This document shows positions 15,323-15,927 of a stretch of 15,927 nt of DNA, one piece after another; positions within the stretch are counted from its first letter, which is position 1, and every line of letters begins with the position of its first letter. The notes beneath the pieces are model-generated. The model saw only the letters and a program-made list of their open reading frames with translations, had not been told where the DNA came from and did no database searches. The DNA is from Candidatus Eiseniibacteriota bacterium (GTDB lineage: Bacteria; Eisenbacteria; RBG-16-71-46; JABDJR01; JAWXBZ01), in assembly GCA_034440375.1 (NCBI GenBank), contig JAWXBZ010000132.1:1-15927 (forward strand). The letters are read 5' to 3'. Both the position numbers and the translations under genes were made by a program.

Positions 15323-15926
15323 AGTCGATAATCATGAGTTTCCCTCCAGTGGCACGGCCATCGACGTCCACCCGGTAGAAGTAAAGTCCGGTTGGTAGAT
15401 GATCCTTCTGGGCGGCCAGATCAAACTCATGTACCCCGGCCGGCCGGTCGGCATCAACGATCTGCCGGACCAGACGGCCGGCTGCGTCGAAGAGCCGGAT
15501 GGCCAGGCGTCCCGCAGAGGACTGCTCGACGATCAGACCGACCGAGGCACCGATCCCTTTTGTCCGGACCGGGGTGCCTGGCTTGGGTGTAACGGAAAGC
15601 GTGACTTCCGCCATGAGGAGCCGGCCGTCCGAAAGGCGTCCTTCGAGACGAACCGGCACCAGGGTGGTACGGGTGATCCCATCGAGGAGCCGCTTCAGAT
15701 CGTCGGTGGGAAAGGCCACGGCCAGTTCACGCCGTCCGTTGCCATCACTGTCGGCCTCGAACACCGTGCGACGGGCGTCGGCTGAAACGCGGTCGATCGA
15801 ACCGGTACCGGTCGAGATCATGACCAGCGAGCGCTGGTCGACCTCCCCCAGGCGGAAACTGCGATCCATCCGCTCGAGCTGAACGACGAACCAGGGGCGC
15901 TGCGCGAACAGCTTGAGATCGCGATT
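15321..15926 (-). CDS. C-terminal part of a probable secreted protein with a T9SS-type-A/FlgD-like tail; 5' end lies outside the window
   Basis: The frame stays open from 15926 (NRDLKLFAQRPWFVVQLERMDRSF...) to the TAG at 15323-15321. It contains a DSDGNGRRE Ca-binding-like loop and the tail IRLFDAAGRLVRQI...AGVHEF...LPTGLYFYRV...GKLMIID. Confidence 0.8.
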   Translation of the reverse strand, partial: NRDLKLFAQRPWFVVQLERMDRSFRLGEVDQRSLVMISTGTGSIDRVSADARRTVFEADSDGNGRRELAVAFPTDDLKRLLDGITRTTLVPVRLEGRLSDGRLLMAEVTLSVTPKPGTPVRTKGIGASVGLIVEQSSAGRLAIRLFDAAGRLVRQIVDADRPAGVHEFDLAAQKDHLPTGLYFYRVDVDGRATGGKLMIID

Positions 15927-15927
15927 A

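Overview
GC-rich bacterial window with no mobile element, CRISPR array or RNA gene that I can support. From left to right: (1) on +, a 5'-truncated thioredoxin-fold gene (WCSSC), then a MauE/DoxX membrane protein fused to a second CxxC thioredoxin-like domain. (2) On -, a four-gene unit joined by ATGA overlaps: MFS transporter, small membrane-anchored hypothetical, GT-C-like polytopic membrane protein, rlmD. (3) On +, diverging from that unit across only 45 bp, a futalosine-pathway menaquinone operon: UbiA-like prenyltransferase (MqnP), ubiX, an unexplained HExxH protein, long-form UbiD decarboxylase (MqnL), mqnE, mqnA, mqnC. mqnB, mqnD and the methyltransferase are not in the window. (4) On -, two apparently secreted proteins with FlgD-Ig/T9SS-type-A-like C-terminal tails: a CRTAC1/ASPIC-UnbV FG-GAP propeller protein and a truncated protein at the right edge. 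An AT-rich spacer with two hairpins separates them. The tails suggest an FCB-superphylum organism, possibly an Eisenbacteria/Krumholzibacteria-like lineage; this is inference only. The best leads are the HExxH gene coupled inside the mqn operon, a possible split GT-C pair, interlocked leaderless divergent promoters, the Trx plus MauE-Trx redox pair, and an apparently permuted CRTAC1-like propeller. All family calls come from reading motifs; no searches were run.
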